From Candidatus Omnitrophota bacterium (lineage in GTDB: Bacteria > Omnitrophota > Gorgyraeia > Zapsychrales > Fredricksoniimonadaceae): DNA of 64,000 nucleotides. Position numbers and translations under genes: made by a program. The DNA lies in contig CAJARJ010000002.1 in assembly GCA_903944345.1 (NCBI GenBank), positions 1,969 to 65,968 on the forward strand. The letters run 5' to 3'. Under the pieces are notes generated by a model. That model searched no databases and had not been told where the DNA came from. It saw nothing but the letters and a program-made list of their open reading frames with translations. This document shows positions 33,775 to 44,370 of this stretch, piece after piece; position 1 is the first letter of the stretch, and every line of letters begins with the position of its first letter.

Positions 33775-34890
33775 TCAGGAGAGGTTACGGATAATATCTT
33801 CGACAGAACGCGGCCGGGCGAGCGCGGCACAGGCGGAACGGGCAGCGGCAAGCCGTTCCGGCGAGGAGGCCAGAGCATGAATTTCTGCCGCAATATCCGA
33901 CAAAGACTGCCCGCTCGAACCTATCTTGTAACGTTCCAACACAGCAACATTACCGGCTTCCTGACCGGGAATTGCGCTGAAGAATATCATCGGGAGGCTC
34001 GCGGACAATGCTTCGGTGATCGAAAGACCGCCGGGCTTGGTCACCATGACATCGGTCGCCGCCAGCATCTCTTCCATATTGCTGACAAAACCGCACACCT
34101 TGTGTAAAGGGTTTTTTCGCGCGGCAATCTTTTCGGCCAAAGCCTTGTTGTTGCCACAAATAAGTATGAGCTGAACATCCTTGAGCAGTTCTGCCAATTC
34201 ATCGATAGGGCCAAAGCCGAAGGAACTGGTGGAAACAAGCGCGGTAAAAGCCTCCGGACGCAGGCCGAGCTTGCGCCGGATGTCCTGTTTGTCACGCGGA
34301 ACCAGAAACTTTTCATCCACCGGAATACCGGTCACCCGCACACGCTGCGGATCAACCCCCAGCGCGACCAGCCGTTCACGGGTATATTCACAAGCTACCA
34401 GATAAAGATCCACGCCAGCTGAAAGCCAGATACGGTGCACATCGTAATCCGTAACAATCGTCACCAGCCGGGAACGCAATTTTCCGGTCTGGCGCAAATG
34501 TCCGCAGACTTCCGTGGCAAAAAAATGCGTGGAAACAATAACGTCAAATTCCCCTTCTGTCACCAAGCGCACCAAAGGCCCGGCATTCAGCGCATTATAA
34601 ACACGCCTCACCGAACAAAAAACCGGGCTAAACCACGCCTGGTCGGAAAGCTCGAAGAACTTCTCCCATAAACCGGGCAATTTGCCGACCATATAAGCAT
34701 AGAAGGAAGCATACGTGGCCCGAAACAGGCAAGAAGAATGATCCAAAGCATCTTCCAGCCTGGCCGTGCCAACAACAGACCCGCGCGCCTGGAAACCATG
34801 ATATACCGCCTCAGCGGCTTTGCGGTGACCGGCGCCCGCGCTTGCGTGCAGGATGAGGATCTTCGGCGAGGATAAGGTCGACTGCGTCAT
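33775..34890 (-). CDS. MGDG synthase/UgtP-family glycosyltransferase (GT28-like)
   Basis: SAGAGHRKAA, STHF, VTDY, TGIPV, TKPGGLS.TEA and PGQE motifs. Confidence 0.88.
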   Translation of the reverse strand: MTQSTLSSPKILILHASAGAGHRKAAEAVYHGFQARGSVVGTARLEDALDHSSCLFRATYASFYAYMVGKLPGLWEKFFELSDQAWFSPVFCSVRRVYNALNAGPLVRLVTEGEFDVIVSTHFFATEVCGHLRQTGKLRSRLVTIVTDYDVHRIWLSAGVDLYLVACEYTRERLVALGVDPQRVRVTGIPVDEKFLVPRDKQDIRRKLGLRPEAFTALVSTSSFGFGPIDELAELLKDVQLILICGNNKALAEKIAARKNPLHKVCGFVSNMEEMLAATDVMVTKPGGLSITEALSASLPMIFFSAIPGQEAGNVAVLERYKIGSSGQSLSDIAAEIHALASSPERLAAARSACAALARPRSVEDIIRNLS

Positions 34891-35410
34891 AGAGGTCCTC
34901 CACAATAAAATCCGGACGAATATCCCAGCGTTTCATGTACTGCTGGTCTTCCCGACCGGAAAGCACAAAAACCGTTTTACAGCCGGCATTCTTTCCGGCC
35001 TTGATATCCCCTTGGGTATCTCCGACAAAATAAGTATGGCCGGCATCGTCAATGCTGTGGTCGATCGATTCCAGAGCCTTGATAACATTGCCGATCCGGG
35101 GTTTACGGCAATTGCAGGCATCGTTCGACTTGCAAGTGCAATACAACACCTCTTCAATACGGCCGCCGGCTTCGCCGACATTCCGAAGCATATACGCCGT
35201 AATCTGCTCCAGTTTCTCCCGGGAGTAAACCCCCTTGCCCACACCGGCCTGATTGGAAACCACAAAGATATGATAGCCGGCATCCGTCAAACGACGCAAG
35301 GCCTCCAGCGACCGGGGAATAAAATGAAAATCCCTGATCTTGGTCACATAAAGCCCGTTTCCGGGAAATTCGTTGATAACCCCGTCTCTGTCGAGAAAAA
35401 CAACTTTCAT
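34811..35410 (-). CDS. gmhB: D-glycero-D-manno-heptose 1,7-bisphosphate phosphatase (HAD)
   Basis: FLDRDGVIN, SNQAGV, CNCRKP and VGD...DI motifs. Confidence 0.9.
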   Translation of the reverse strand: MKVVFLDRDGVINEFPGNGLYVTKIRDFHFIPRSLEALRRLTDAGYHIFVVSNQAGVGKGVYSREKLEQITAYMLRNVGEAGGRIEEVLYCTCKSNDACNCRKPRIGNVIKALESIDHSIDDAGHTYFVGDTQGDIKAGKNAGCKTVFVLSGREDQQYMKRWDIRPDFIVEDLYDAVDLILAEDPHPARKRGRRSPQSR

Positions 35411-35417
35411 ACCAGCC

Positions 35418-36239
35418 TTACCAGCTGCGCGAACCGGGTGTACCGGGCTCGTCGCCTTTGTGTGTGCCAGCCGCATGCGCTGCCGGGTTTTGTACAAGCT
35501 CGTAATATTTCGCATAACTGACAATCTGATACAGCCCGGAAAACACCGCCAGCATAAAACCGGGAAACCCGTCTTTGTAACCGCGCTTGCCGATATAATA
35601 TCGGAAGAAACGATCGATAGTACGCCATAGGGCCGTTCCCAAGGTCATTTTGCGTCCGGTCTCCACCCACTTGCGGGCCTCCATCGAGGTTTGTCCGTTC
35701 ATTTTCGAAATAAAATGCGAGAAATCGCGATAGCTATAATGAAGGATATCGCCCTTGAGGGTACGGGTCTTCCCCTCCATAAAAACGCGCGGGTGAACCC
35801 CCACTTCCTCGTATTTGAAACGATCCTTGCGAAAAAGCCGCAACTGGGCCGAAGGATACTGCCCTCCGTGTCGAAGCCAGATCGTTCCAATAAAATTCCG
35901 GCGCGGCAAATTGTATCCGGCCATGTCGGTCTCTGTCCCGAGTGTCCGGTCGATTTCCTTGCGCAGCTCGGGCGTCATTCTCTCGTCGGCATCCAGGCTG
36001 AGCACCCAGTTGTGCGTGGCACGGGCATAGGCCCAGTTGCGATGCCGGCCCTCATTATCCATCCGACGTTCAAAAACGCGGCTGGTAAAACCGCGTGCGA
36101 TCTCCACGGTACGATCGCTCGAACCATCGTCAACCACCACGACCTCGTCCGCCCAGGCGCGCACGCTGGACAGGCACGGTTCAATATTTTTCTCTTCGTT
36201 GCGGGTGATCACAACAACTGTCAGCGGAGGCCTGGGCAT
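35418..36239 (-). CDS. GT2 glycosyltransferase (WaaE/KdtX-like)
   Basis: NEE, VDDGSSDRT, LDADE and GYKDG motifs. Confidence 0.9.
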   Translation of the reverse strand: MPRPPLTVVVITRNEEKNIEPCLSSVRAWADEVVVVDDGSSDRTVEIARGFTSRVFERRMDNEGRHRNWAYARATHNWVLSLDADERMTPELRKEIDRTLGTETDMAGYNLPRRNFIGTIWLRHGGQYPSAQLRLFRKDRFKYEEVGVHPRVFMEGKTRTLKGDILHYSYRDFSHFISKMNGQTSMEARKWVETGRKMTLGTALWRTIDRFFRYYIGKRGYKDGFPGFMLAVFSGLYQIVSYAKYYELVQNPAAHAAGTHKGDEPGTPGSRSW

Positions 36240-37336
36240 CAGACAAGCTCCTTGAGCGCCCCGGTAACTTCCAGCACCTGGGCTTCCGTCATATGAGGAA
36301 ATAACGGCAGGGAAAGAATATCCGCAGCCACCGCCTCAGCCACCGGGAAAGCACCGGCGGCGCAGCCGGCATCCCGATAGGCTTCCTGCAAATGAATCGG
36401 GATCGGATAATGAATAAGTGAAGCGATACCACGGGTTTTGAGTCCTTCCATAACCCGCTCCCGCTCCTTGAGGCGGATCGCAAAGGTCTGATAAACATGA
36501 TCGCGGTCCGCCGCCTGCTGCGGCAACGCCACCGCGGCGCCCCGCAGTTCGCGGGCATAAATCGCAGCCACGTCACGGCGCATGGCGTTCCATTCGTCAA
36601 GATGCCTGAGCTTGGCGGAAAGCACTACCGCCTGCAAAGTGTCCAGCCGGGAATTAAACCCCTTCACGCGATGAGAATACCGGTCAGTGCGCCCGTAATC
36701 GCGCAACATGCTGACCGTCTGGTAAACCTTATCATCATTGGTGACCAGCATGCCGCCGTCTCCCCAACCACCCAGACCTTTGGTGGGATAAAAACTGAAA
36801 CATCCCGCACGCCCCATAGAACCGCTGCGCTGGGCCTTGTAACGGGCTCCATGCGCCTGGCAGGCGTCCTCGACAACAGCCACCCCGTGCTTGCCGGCGA
36901 TCTGACAAATCTGTTGCATATGGGCCATCTGCCCGTACAAATGCACCGGAATAACCGCCCGTGTTCTGGGGGTGATCGCCCGGGCAAACTTGTCGGGATC
37001 AATATTATAAGTTTCCTGCTCGATATCCACAAAACGCACCGTGGCCCCGGTATCGGAAACACACAAAGCAGTAGCAATAAACGTATGTGTCGGCAGAATC
37101 ACCTCGTCGCCGGGACCAATCCCCAGCGCTGCCAGGGCAAAATAAAGCGCGTCCGTCCCCGAATTAACACCTGCGGCATATTTGACTCCGCAAAAAGCGG
37201 CAAATTCGTCTTCAAATTTTTTGACATCCGGACCCATAATAAAAGCGGACTTCTCGATCACACGTTTAAAACCGGCGTCAACCTCGGCCTGTATAGCCTG
37301 GTTCTGCCGGGAAAAATCAATAAACGGCACGCTCAT
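36239..37336 (-). CDS. DegT/DnrJ/EryC1/StrS sugar aminotransferase
   Basis: EDACQAHG, SFYPTK (PLP Lys present), NSRLDTLQA and HYPIP motifs. Confidence 0.92.
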   Translation of the reverse strand: MSVPFIDFSRQNQAIQAEVDAGFKRVIEKSAFIMGPDVKKFEDEFAAFCGVKYAAGVNSGTDALYFALAALGIGPGDEVILPTHTFIATALCVSDTGATVRFVDIEQETYNIDPDKFARAITPRTRAVIPVHLYGQMAHMQQICQIAGKHGVAVVEDACQAHGARYKAQRSGSMGRAGCFSFYPTKGLGGWGDGGMLVTNDDKVYQTVSMLRDYGRTDRYSHRVKGFNSRLDTLQAVVLSAKLRHLDEWNAMRRDVAAIYARELRGAAVALPQQAADRDHVYQTFAIRLKERERVMEGLKTRGIASLIHYPIPIHLQEAYRDAGCAAGAFPVAEAVAADILSLPLFPHMTEAQVLEVTGALKELV

Positions 37337-38415
37337 AACAACTCCTTCAGCTGATTAAATAACTCGTCAACTTCAAGCAGACGAAGACAACTCAAATGCC
37401 GGCAGTCAGACATTCTGAAACGCCGGTAACAGGGCTGACAAGGCATTTTTTTCTGCACCACCGTATGTCCTGCGGCAGGAAATGGCCCGTAGACAACCGG
37501 ATCTACCGGACCAAACACGGAAACCGTTCGCGCCCCGCAAGCAACCGCAACGTGTAACGGGCCGCCGTCATTGGCCAGAACAAAACGAGAGTGACGCATG
37601 ACTGCGGCGGACTGAAGAACCGAAGTCAGGCCTGCCGCGTTGACAGCCGGAAATTTCATTGCTCCGGCCACCGCGGCACAAAGCTCTTTTTCGCCACAAT
37701 CACCCATCAGTATAATGGCCAGAGAGCTTTTTTCAACGACTTTGTCCGCCAGTTTGGCATATTCCCGGGCAGGCCAGCGTTTCTGAAAAGCACCCTGTCC
37801 CCAGCTGGCTCCTCCGCCCGGATAAACCGCAATAAACCTTCCGGGCTGCAAATGATGTTCCCGCATGAGGCCCCGGGCAAATTCCTCATCTTCTGTCGAC
37901 GGAAAAACCCGCATGGGCCAAGCTTCCTGCTCCGGCACCGTGCGCAAAAAACCCGCATGCTGCAACAAGTCCAGAGCATACTCCGCCACATGCCTCCCCT
38001 CGTAACCTTTAAAGGGAATCCTGTCAGTCAGCCAGCGCCCCCGGCCTTTATAATCGTAACCGATCCGCCGGGGGATACCGGCCAGAAACAAGGCCAGCGA
38101 CACCGGAGAACCCAGGGAACAGTCAAACGCCAGCTCAAATTTCCTGGCGCGGATTTCCTCAAGCAGCGCCTGCCAGCGCCGTAGAAACTGCCAGGGCGAG
38201 CGTCGATAAAGCGCCACAAACTCGTCGCGCTCGTAACGGAAAACACAGCTGATCCGCGGATCTGCGCGTAACAGCGGCTCGGTACGCGCATTGCCAAGAT
38301 AGCCGATGGACATGTCGGGACCATGCGCTTTTAACGCCGCGATCAGCGGTGTGGTAAAAAGCATATCCCCGATACCAAAAGGATTAACGATCAGAACGCG
38401 CGACAAGGTCGGCAT
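37333..38415 (-). CDS. GT9 heptosyltransferase-like glycosyltransferase
   Basis: GIGDM, KRWP, NDGGPLHVA, FGP and CQPC motifs. Confidence 0.9.
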   Translation of the reverse strand: MPTLSRVLIVNPFGIGDMLFTTPLIAALKAHGPDMSIGYLGNARTEPLLRADPRISCVFRYERDEFVALYRRSPWQFLRRWQALLEEIRARKFELAFDCSLGSPVSLALFLAGIPRRIGYDYKGRGRWLTDRIPFKGYEGRHVAEYALDLLQHAGFLRTVPEQEAWPMRVFPSTEDEEFARGLMREHHLQPGRFIAVYPGGGASWGQGAFQKRWPAREYAKLADKVVEKSSLAIILMGDCGEKELCAAVAGAMKFPAVNAAGLTSVLQSAAVMRHSRFVLANDGGPLHVAVACGARTVSVFGPVDPVVYGPFPAAGHTVVQKKMPCQPCYRRFRMSDCRHLSCLRLLEVDELFNQLKELL

Positions 38416-39544
38416 AAATCCCCAGAGTTTCTTTGGCCATTGTTTCCCAGGAAAAATCACGGGCACGCAACAGGCCTTTTTCGATATAGGTGTCCCGTTC
38501 GGGAGAATTTCCCAGAAACAGGCCAACCGCCCGGGCAATCCCTTCCACATCATAGGGGTCAACCAGCACCGCCCCTTCTGCTGCATATTCCGGGATAGCT
38601 CCCCGGTCACTGGCCACCACCGGAACACCGTTGACAAACGCGTCCAGAATCGCCATCGGCACACCCGAATAAAACGGGGTCACCACTGACGCCGCTGCAT
38701 TGGCCTGGATCACCTGAAACACCCGGTCGGACACAAAGCCGGCGGCAATCACCTTGTCGCGAATTCCCAGCATGGACATTTTACGCAAAAGCCGGTCGTA
38801 ATGCCCTTCGGAACGAAACGTATTTCCGGTAAAAACAAAATACACATCCTGCTCCAGCTGACGATGCACCCGGGCAAACGCCTCCAGAAGCAGATCCGGA
38901 TTACGACGGCTGTGATCAAGCCCGGAAACCGCCAGGACATAACGACGCCCCTCCAGATGATATTTGGCCAGAATCTGCTGCTCTTCCCGCGGAGACATGG
39001 CCGTCTTAAGGTCGTTGTCGCAACCGACAGGCGTCACAGCTATTCTTCCTCCCGGCAACCGCCACTCCCGGGCCGCCTGGGCGCGAACGGAATCCGAAAG
39101 CGCGATGATCTTTGCCTCAGAACGGGACCAGAGCCATTGATCTGTCCGTCCACGCAATTCCTTCCAAAGGCTCTGCGGCGTCCTGCGTCCGCGGAAAAAA
39201 GGCAACTCAAAGATAGTAAGCACCGCCGGGCAAGGTGAACGAAAAAACGGCAGGAAGGACCGGATCGGGGCATGAAAGATATCGATCCCGTGCCGTGAAA
39301 GCAGCCGCGGCAAAACGCGTGCCGGCCAGGCATTGCGACGCGCTTTGCCAGGTCGCTCCACTACCCTGGTCACACGGGGTGAATTAATATAGGGTTCATA
39401 ATCTACACAAACCTTGTCCGGAGAAAACAAAAACACTTCCAGAGAGGCATCCTCAAGCAAAAGATGCTCCACCAGCCGGGACAAATAATGGGATTCAGCC
39501 GTCTTGCCTTCAGTCAACACCTGGGCGTCAAAACCTATACGCAT
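38384..39544 (-). CDS. GT4 glycosyltransferase
   Basis: MRIGFDA start and GVPVVASDRGAIPE; the usual EGFG/E motif is degenerate (SGVPMAILD). Confidence 0.8.
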   Translation of the reverse strand: MRIGFDAQVLTEGKTAESHYLSRLVEHLLLEDASLEVFLFSPDKVCVDYEPYINSPRVTRVVERPGKARRNAWPARVLPRLLSRHGIDIFHAPIRSFLPFFRSPCPAVLTIFELPFFRGRRTPQSLWKELRGRTDQWLWSRSEAKIIALSDSVRAQAAREWRLPGGRIAVTPVGCDNDLKTAMSPREEQQILAKYHLEGRRYVLAVSGLDHSRRNPDLLLEAFARVHRQLEQDVYFVFTGNTFRSEGHYDRLLRKMSMLGIRDKVIAAGFVSDRVFQVIQANAAASVVTPFYSGVPMAILDAFVNGVPVVASDRGAIPEYAAEGAVLVDPYDVEGIARAVGLFLGNSPERDTYIEKGLLRARDFSWETMAKETLGIYADLVARSDR

Positions 39545-39716
39545 ATGATCTCCATGAATCCGGGTTAAAAACGATGCCCCTTGAGATGAAACCACCAATA
39601 AATGCCAAACAGGCGGATAATAAACCACGGCTCATATTTCGAACGATAAAACCAGAGCGGTGCTGCCAAAGAAAACCGGGATTCCAGTCCCCGCGTGATA
39701 TGCCAGATCTGAAGGG

Positions 39717-40574
39717 TCATTTATGCCCTCCTGCAATACGTAATAGCGTTTCCATCCGATGACGGTAGGTGTGCCTTGCATTGACCAGTTCCCAGCCCGC
39801 CCGCGCAAGGCTCTCGCTTTCCAGCGAAGCTACCAGCGCCCGGTCAATAACAGACTTGAGCTCTTTAGTCGTAATATCGTCAAACACCAGGCAATCTTTG
39901 CCCGGAGTAAAAAGCTCTTCAAATCCGTTATTTCTGATCCGGCTGGTCACAACCAGAGCGCCCGCCCCCATGGCCTCGAACGTCCTCATATTGATATCAT
40001 TGTTAATCGAATAATTAACAGTCAAACGTGACTGTGCGTAAATCCCGGGTAACTCTTCGCGTGGCGCGGTTCCCACAAAAGAATCGGGATACTCCGAGCG
40101 AATAAGCTCCAGCGCCACCTTGCGCAGACTGAATTTCCCGGTCGTTCCGACAAAAGCAATATCCCGACGGCGCTGCGCGAAAGGAACAAACAACGGCAAA
40201 GGAACGCTATAATCCGCCGCAGCCGGCAGCCAGTGCACCGGACGATTGAGCAGCCGCGATAGCCTTTCGCTCCCGTCTTTCTGGAAACAAAACAGATAAT
40301 CTGTCGCGCGGGCATTTGTCACAATATTGTTGAACGAATGTTTCAGGTGCGTATCGGCCACCCACCAGGCAAAAGGATGCAAATGTTCCAGCCCGCCCAG
40401 AGCATAATCACCGTCGTCCAGTCGCAGGTAAAGATCAAACCCGCCGCGCAAAGACGCGGCCGCACGCACATCAAAACATTCAAAAGTGATCCCGGGAAAT
40501 CCCGCAAGAACGCGAGCGCAACGTTCCCCGATCCCCACACGACAACCGGGATTAAAAATAAGCGCCAGCTTCAT
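39717..40574 (-). CDS. CgeB/YkvP-like GT-B glycosyltransferase
   Basis: IAFVG, INMRTFEAMGAG and HTYRHR motifs. Confidence 0.8.
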   Translation of the reverse strand: MKLALIFNPGCRVGIGERCARVLAGFPGITFECFDVRAAASLRGGFDLYLRLDDGDYALGGLEHLHPFAWWVADTHLKHSFNNIVTNARATDYLFCFQKDGSERLSRLLNRPVHWLPAAADYSVPLPLFVPFAQRRRDIAFVGTTGKFSLRKVALELIRSEYPDSFVGTAPREELPGIYAQSRLTVNYSINNDINMRTFEAMGAGALVVTSRIRNNGFEELFTPGKDCLVFDDITTKELKSVIDRALVASLESESLARAGWELVNARHTYRHRMETLLRIAGGHK

Positions 40575-41503
40575 GCCAACCGGGCCTTCCACCAGGCAAT
40601 CAGATCAGCCAGCGACTGGTCCAATTCGTAGTCGAGCGAGAAACCCAGCGCCTTGAGCCTGGCGGGATTGCCGATAATGACCGGATTGTCAATCGGACGC
40701 ACCAAAGCCGGATCAGTACGCCAGCTGGCAGGAATCCCAACCATCCGGCAAATCCGCACAAGCAGATCCTGAAGGCTGATGCCTTCCCCCCGGCAGACGT
40801 TATAAATTTCACCGCTGACCCCTTTTTCGAGCACAAGATCATAGGCCGCGACCACGTCCCGGACATCGACCAGGTCGCGAACAATATCCAGATTGCCGCA
40901 AATCAGCATGTCCCTGCGGCCAAGGGCAATCTCGACGGCCTGCCGGACAAAAGAACTAACCACAAAGCGCTCGGTTTGCCCCGGCCCCAGATGATTAAAA
41001 GAGCGCGTGCAAACAATATCCAGTCCGTAACCGCGCGCATAAACCCGCGACAAATGCTCCTGGGCCACCCGGGCCACGGCATAGGGACTCATGGGATCAA
41101 GCGGATGCGTTTCTGCCAGCGGGATGTCCGCGGGACTGACCGGGCCATACTCTTCGGAAGACCCTACCGAAAGAATCCGGCAGGAGAGACCCGCGGCGCG
41201 CACAGCCTCAACCAGATTCAGGAATATATTGGTATTGTTGACAAAACAGTCCACCGGTTTCTGCCAACTAAGCCCGACGGAACTGGCAGACGCCAGATGC
41301 ACCAGCCGATCGGGCCGAAGCCTGGCGACAAGCTCCCCCAACGCCCCGGTATCCATAAGCGACATTATGTGTACACTAACCTCGGGCGGCAAACTTTGGG
41401 CCGCGGCCATATCGACTCCATAAACACTGTGTCCCTGCGCCAGCAGCCGGTCGCAAAGATGCCGGCCCACAAAGCCGGAAATACCGGTCACCAGATACTT
41501 CAT
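40571..41503 (-). CDS. GDP-sugar dehydratase/reductase (Rmd-like extended SDR)
   Basis: TGISGFVG, SSEEYG, SPYAVAR, FNHLGPGQ and GNLDIVRD motifs. Confidence 0.85.
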   Translation of the reverse strand: MKYLVTGISGFVGRHLCDRLLAQGHSVYGVDMAAAQSLPPEVSVHIMSLMDTGALGELVARLRPDRLVHLASASSVGLSWQKPVDCFVNNTNIFLNLVEAVRAAGLSCRILSVGSSEEYGPVSPADIPLAETHPLDPMSPYAVARVAQEHLSRVYARGYGLDIVCTRSFNHLGPGQTERFVVSSFVRQAVEIALGRRDMLICGNLDIVRDLVDVRDVVAAYDLVLEKGVSGEIYNVCRGEGISLQDLLVRICRMVGIPASWRTDPALVRPIDNPVIIGNPARLKALGFSLDYELDQSLADLIAWWKARLA

Positions 41504-42663
41504 AAACGCCCCCTGGATTGTGCGGCCCGACAATAAACCGCATAGGTTTCCTGTGCCGTGCGGTTCCAGTCAAAAAAACGGACACGCTCCACGCCTCTGC
41601 GCCTGAGCTCTTCCCGTCGTTCAGAAGACGCACACAATTCTTGCAAGCTCTGTGCCAGCAGATCCGGGCGAGCCGGATCAACCAGCAACGCTGCCTCTCC
41701 CGCTATCTCGGGCACTGAGCCGCGATCATTGGCAATCGCAGGCACACCGCAGGCAAAGGATTCGGTCAAAGGAAGACAAAACCCCTCGTACAACGATGTC
41801 ACGACCGATACCTCGGCCCGGCTGAGCACGGCCTTCAAATCCCGGTCAGAAAGAAACCCCGTCACAATGACGCGATCCTCTATTCCCGCGGCCGCAATAG
41901 CCCCGCGCACCCGTTCAAAGAAGCCGTCCTGCCTGAGAATGCTGCCGGTAACCACAAGCCAGATATCCTGCGGATATTGCCGGCGAAATTGCGCAAAACC
42001 CGAAATGATAAAATCAGGATTGCGCCTCTGCTGGTTAAACCCACCCATGTTAACAATATAACGTTTGCCCGCAAGATCAAAACGTGAAAGAACTTCGTCT
42101 TCCTCTGCCGCCGACAACCGTACATCCGTGATGGCATCCGCGCCCAGATGCGTGGTGACCACATGCCTTGCCGGCACCCGGCACAAACGCACAATATCCC
42201 GCTTGCTCGCCTCGGAAATAGTCAACACCCGGGCAGAGGCATGCGCCCAAAGCATATTGCGCAGCTTGTAACGCAAAGCTTTGAAAGGCTTGCGAAAAGA
42301 ACCGGGAATGACCCAAGGAATAAGATCAAGGATGGAGACCACCACCGGACACGGCGCCCGAAAGAAAGGCCCGTCGGCGTTGAAGGGCTGATGATAGACA
42401 TCAATCCGGTGTTCTTTGAGCAGTGCCGGCATATGTGCGGCGGGCCAACGGCTAAGGTCTTTGGCTCCGTCGGGAACCGTAACCTTCGTGATCTGCTTTT
42501 GCGCCAGACAGCCAGCGTACTGCTCCAGCGGCTCGCCAGGCAGAAACAAGACCAGCTCGATCTTTTCATCCACCGAGGGCAGATGGCGCAAAAGGCGTGT
42601 AAAATACGCTACCCCGCCACATTTGGGAACAGTCAGAATACGGGCATCAAAACCGACTCTCAT
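41500..42663 (-). CDS. GT4 glycosyltransferase
   Basis: MRVGFDAR start and SLYEGFCLPLTESFACGVP. Confidence 0.9.
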   Translation of the reverse strand: MRVGFDARILTVPKCGGVAYFTRLLRHLPSVDEKIELVLFLPGEPLEQYAGCLAQKQITKVTVPDGAKDLSRWPAAHMPALLKEHRIDVYHQPFNADGPFFRAPCPVVVSILDLIPWVIPGSFRKPFKALRYKLRNMLWAHASARVLTISEASKRDIVRLCRVPARHVVTTHLGADAITDVRLSAAEEDEVLSRFDLAGKRYIVNMGGFNQQRRNPDFIISGFAQFRRQYPQDIWLVVTGSILRQDGFFERVRGAIAAAGIEDRVIVTGFLSDRDLKAVLSRAEVSVVTSLYEGFCLPLTESFACGVPAIANDRGSVPEIAGEAALLVDPARPDLLAQSLQELCASSERREELRRRGVERVRFFDWNRTAQETYAVYCRAAQSRGRL

Positions 42664-43454
42664 ATCGACGCTCCGGAAACCAGCTTGCCTTCACTGCGGG
42701 CTTTTTCCCAGATTTTTATCCAGCGAATCTGCGAGCCGATGACCATGCACAGACACCAGACAAGTCCGTGCAACCCGTCTTTATATCCGCGCTTTTTGAT
42801 ATACATCTTCCAAAAACTTTTGAGCGCTTTCCAGACCAGCTGGTCATGAATTTCCCGCGCGCTGACCGCCGAGCGTCCAGCCAAAAAAAGCGCGGACTCC
42901 TTTTCTCCGTAAAACAGTGCCCGCTCGATCATCTGCGATCCGGTCGAAAAAGGAAAATGATGAATCTCTGCCGCAAGCAACCGTGCGCCCCCCTGCAGCT
43001 CCAGATGATCATGCACATCAGGCTCGCGATAACGCGCCTTATCCCGGCGATACAAGCGCAGCAGCGACTGATACGCTCCGGCGTGCCTGACCGGACATCC
43101 GGCCAAATGATTAAGACGCATAAAAGAGAACGCAACAATATCTCCGGCTTCCTCCAACGCCTGGTGAATGGCGGCAACCGTTGCCGGTGGGAATATCTCG
43201 TCGGCATCCATCTGCAGAATCCAGTCATACGCGGCCTGATCCGCTCCGAAATTCCGCTGGCCGGCCAGATTGCGCTCCGACCGGTGGACAAACGTCCGCG
43301 CTCCAAATTCTTTTTGCGCAATCAAACAGGTATCATCGTCAGAAAAGTCATCAACCACAATGATTTCATCCGCCAAAGCGCACACAGATGCCAAAGCCTG
43401 GCGAAGGCGGGCCGATTCGTTTCTGGTGATAATTACAACCGATATCTTTTTCAT
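42660..43454 (-). CDS. GT2 glycosyltransferase (paralog of 35418..36239)
   Basis: VDDFSDDDT, QRN, MDADE and KRGYKDG motifs. Confidence 0.9.
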   Translation of the reverse strand: MKKISVVIITRNESARLRQALASVCALADEIIVVDDFSDDDTCLIAQKEFGARTFVHRSERNLAGQRNFGADQAAYDWILQMDADEIFPPATVAAIHQALEEAGDIVAFSFMRLNHLAGCPVRHAGAYQSLLRLYRRDKARYREPDVHDHLELQGGARLLAAEIHHFPFSTGSQMIERALFYGEKESALFLAGRSAVSAREIHDQLVWKALKSFWKMYIKKRGYKDGLHGLVWCLCMVIGSQIRWIKIWEKARSEGKLVSGASI

Positions 43455-44092
43455 GGCCGTTGCAATACAATCAATCCGTTAGCTGCTTTGGTATACGGGA
43501 CATCCCTGAGCTCATCAATTGAAACCTGATGCCAGGCATTGTCTCTGGCGCCCGCGCTGCGGCGAAGACATCCAACCGAAACCCCCTCGAAAGCCTTCCA
43601 GTTGTCAGCTATGAACCGATCCAGGTTTCTGTTATATCCTGTCGGGATTGTGACCAAAAAAGACTGTGCCTCAAGCAACAACTTCCTGACTGCAAGAGCC
43701 GAAGCGTCAGGCTTGCTCTCAAGACTATATTCTCCTGTGCCAATATGCTCAAACGTTGAAATCGAAAGGATCTTTTTCCCGTAAAAAGAAATGTCAAACA
43801 TTGATTTCCTGATACTGACCCCGGAATGTTGATCTGTCGGATCAACAACATCAGCAATCCGCGCAGGCCAGTAATACGGAGTGACCGCCCCAATCTCCAT
43901 TACATCCCTGTCGCTTTCATGTCGGGACAGCCATGCATCCGCAAGAGCCATCTCCACCGACCTTTCGGTCATACGATAGGGCGGCCAGCCACAGTTAGTC
44001 TGATGAACAAAATGAAGATATTCTTTACCGTCAAAAGTAAACTTTAAACGATTTTCCCACCACTGAACTTGTTTGGGGCTGAGGAATAACAT
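43451..44092 (-). CDS. Hypothetical protein, possible SAM-dependent methyltransferase fold
   Basis: ERSVE, MEIG and SISTFEHIG. The N-terminal extension in the track overlaps the DUF5989 gene, so the start was set at ATG 44092. Confidence 0.6.
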   Translation of the reverse strand: MLFLSPKQVQWWENRLKFTFDGKEYLHFVHQTNCGWPPYRMTERSVEMALADAWLSRHESDRDVMEIGAVTPYYWPARIADVVDPTDQHSGVSIRKSMFDISFYGKKILSISTFEHIGTGEYSLESKPDASALAVRKLLLEAQSFLVTIPTGYNRNLDRFIADNWKAFEGVSVGCLRRSAGARDNAWHQVSIDELRDVPYTKAANGLIVLQRP

Positions 44093-44139
44093 TGCAAAAA
44101 CCCGCTTGCGGTTGAAAACAACAAAACCGTCCCTTAAAC

Positions 44140-44298
44140 TCAGAACAACGTATAAATAAACGGTGCCACCGCCGAACTCTGGGCAAAAACCACCAAAAGG
44201 CTGAGTGCAACCAGAATAAAAAGTATCGGCGCCAGCCAGAAACGCTTGCGCTGCCTGAGAAAGCTCCACAACTCCCTGATGATCGCTATTTTGGCCAT
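44140..44298 (-). CDS. DUF5989 (SxtK-like) small membrane protein
   Basis: ELWSFLRQRKRFWLAP...VAPFIYTLF. Confidence 0.88.
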   Translation of the reverse strand: MAKIAIIRELWSFLRQRKRFWLAPILFILVALSLLVVFAQSSAVAPFIYTLF

Positions 44299-44370
44299 AT
44301 CAATTCTCCATTTAAGCGCCGACCCAAGGCCGGCCCTGTACACGCCTCGTTATTTGGAACATCGGCTCAG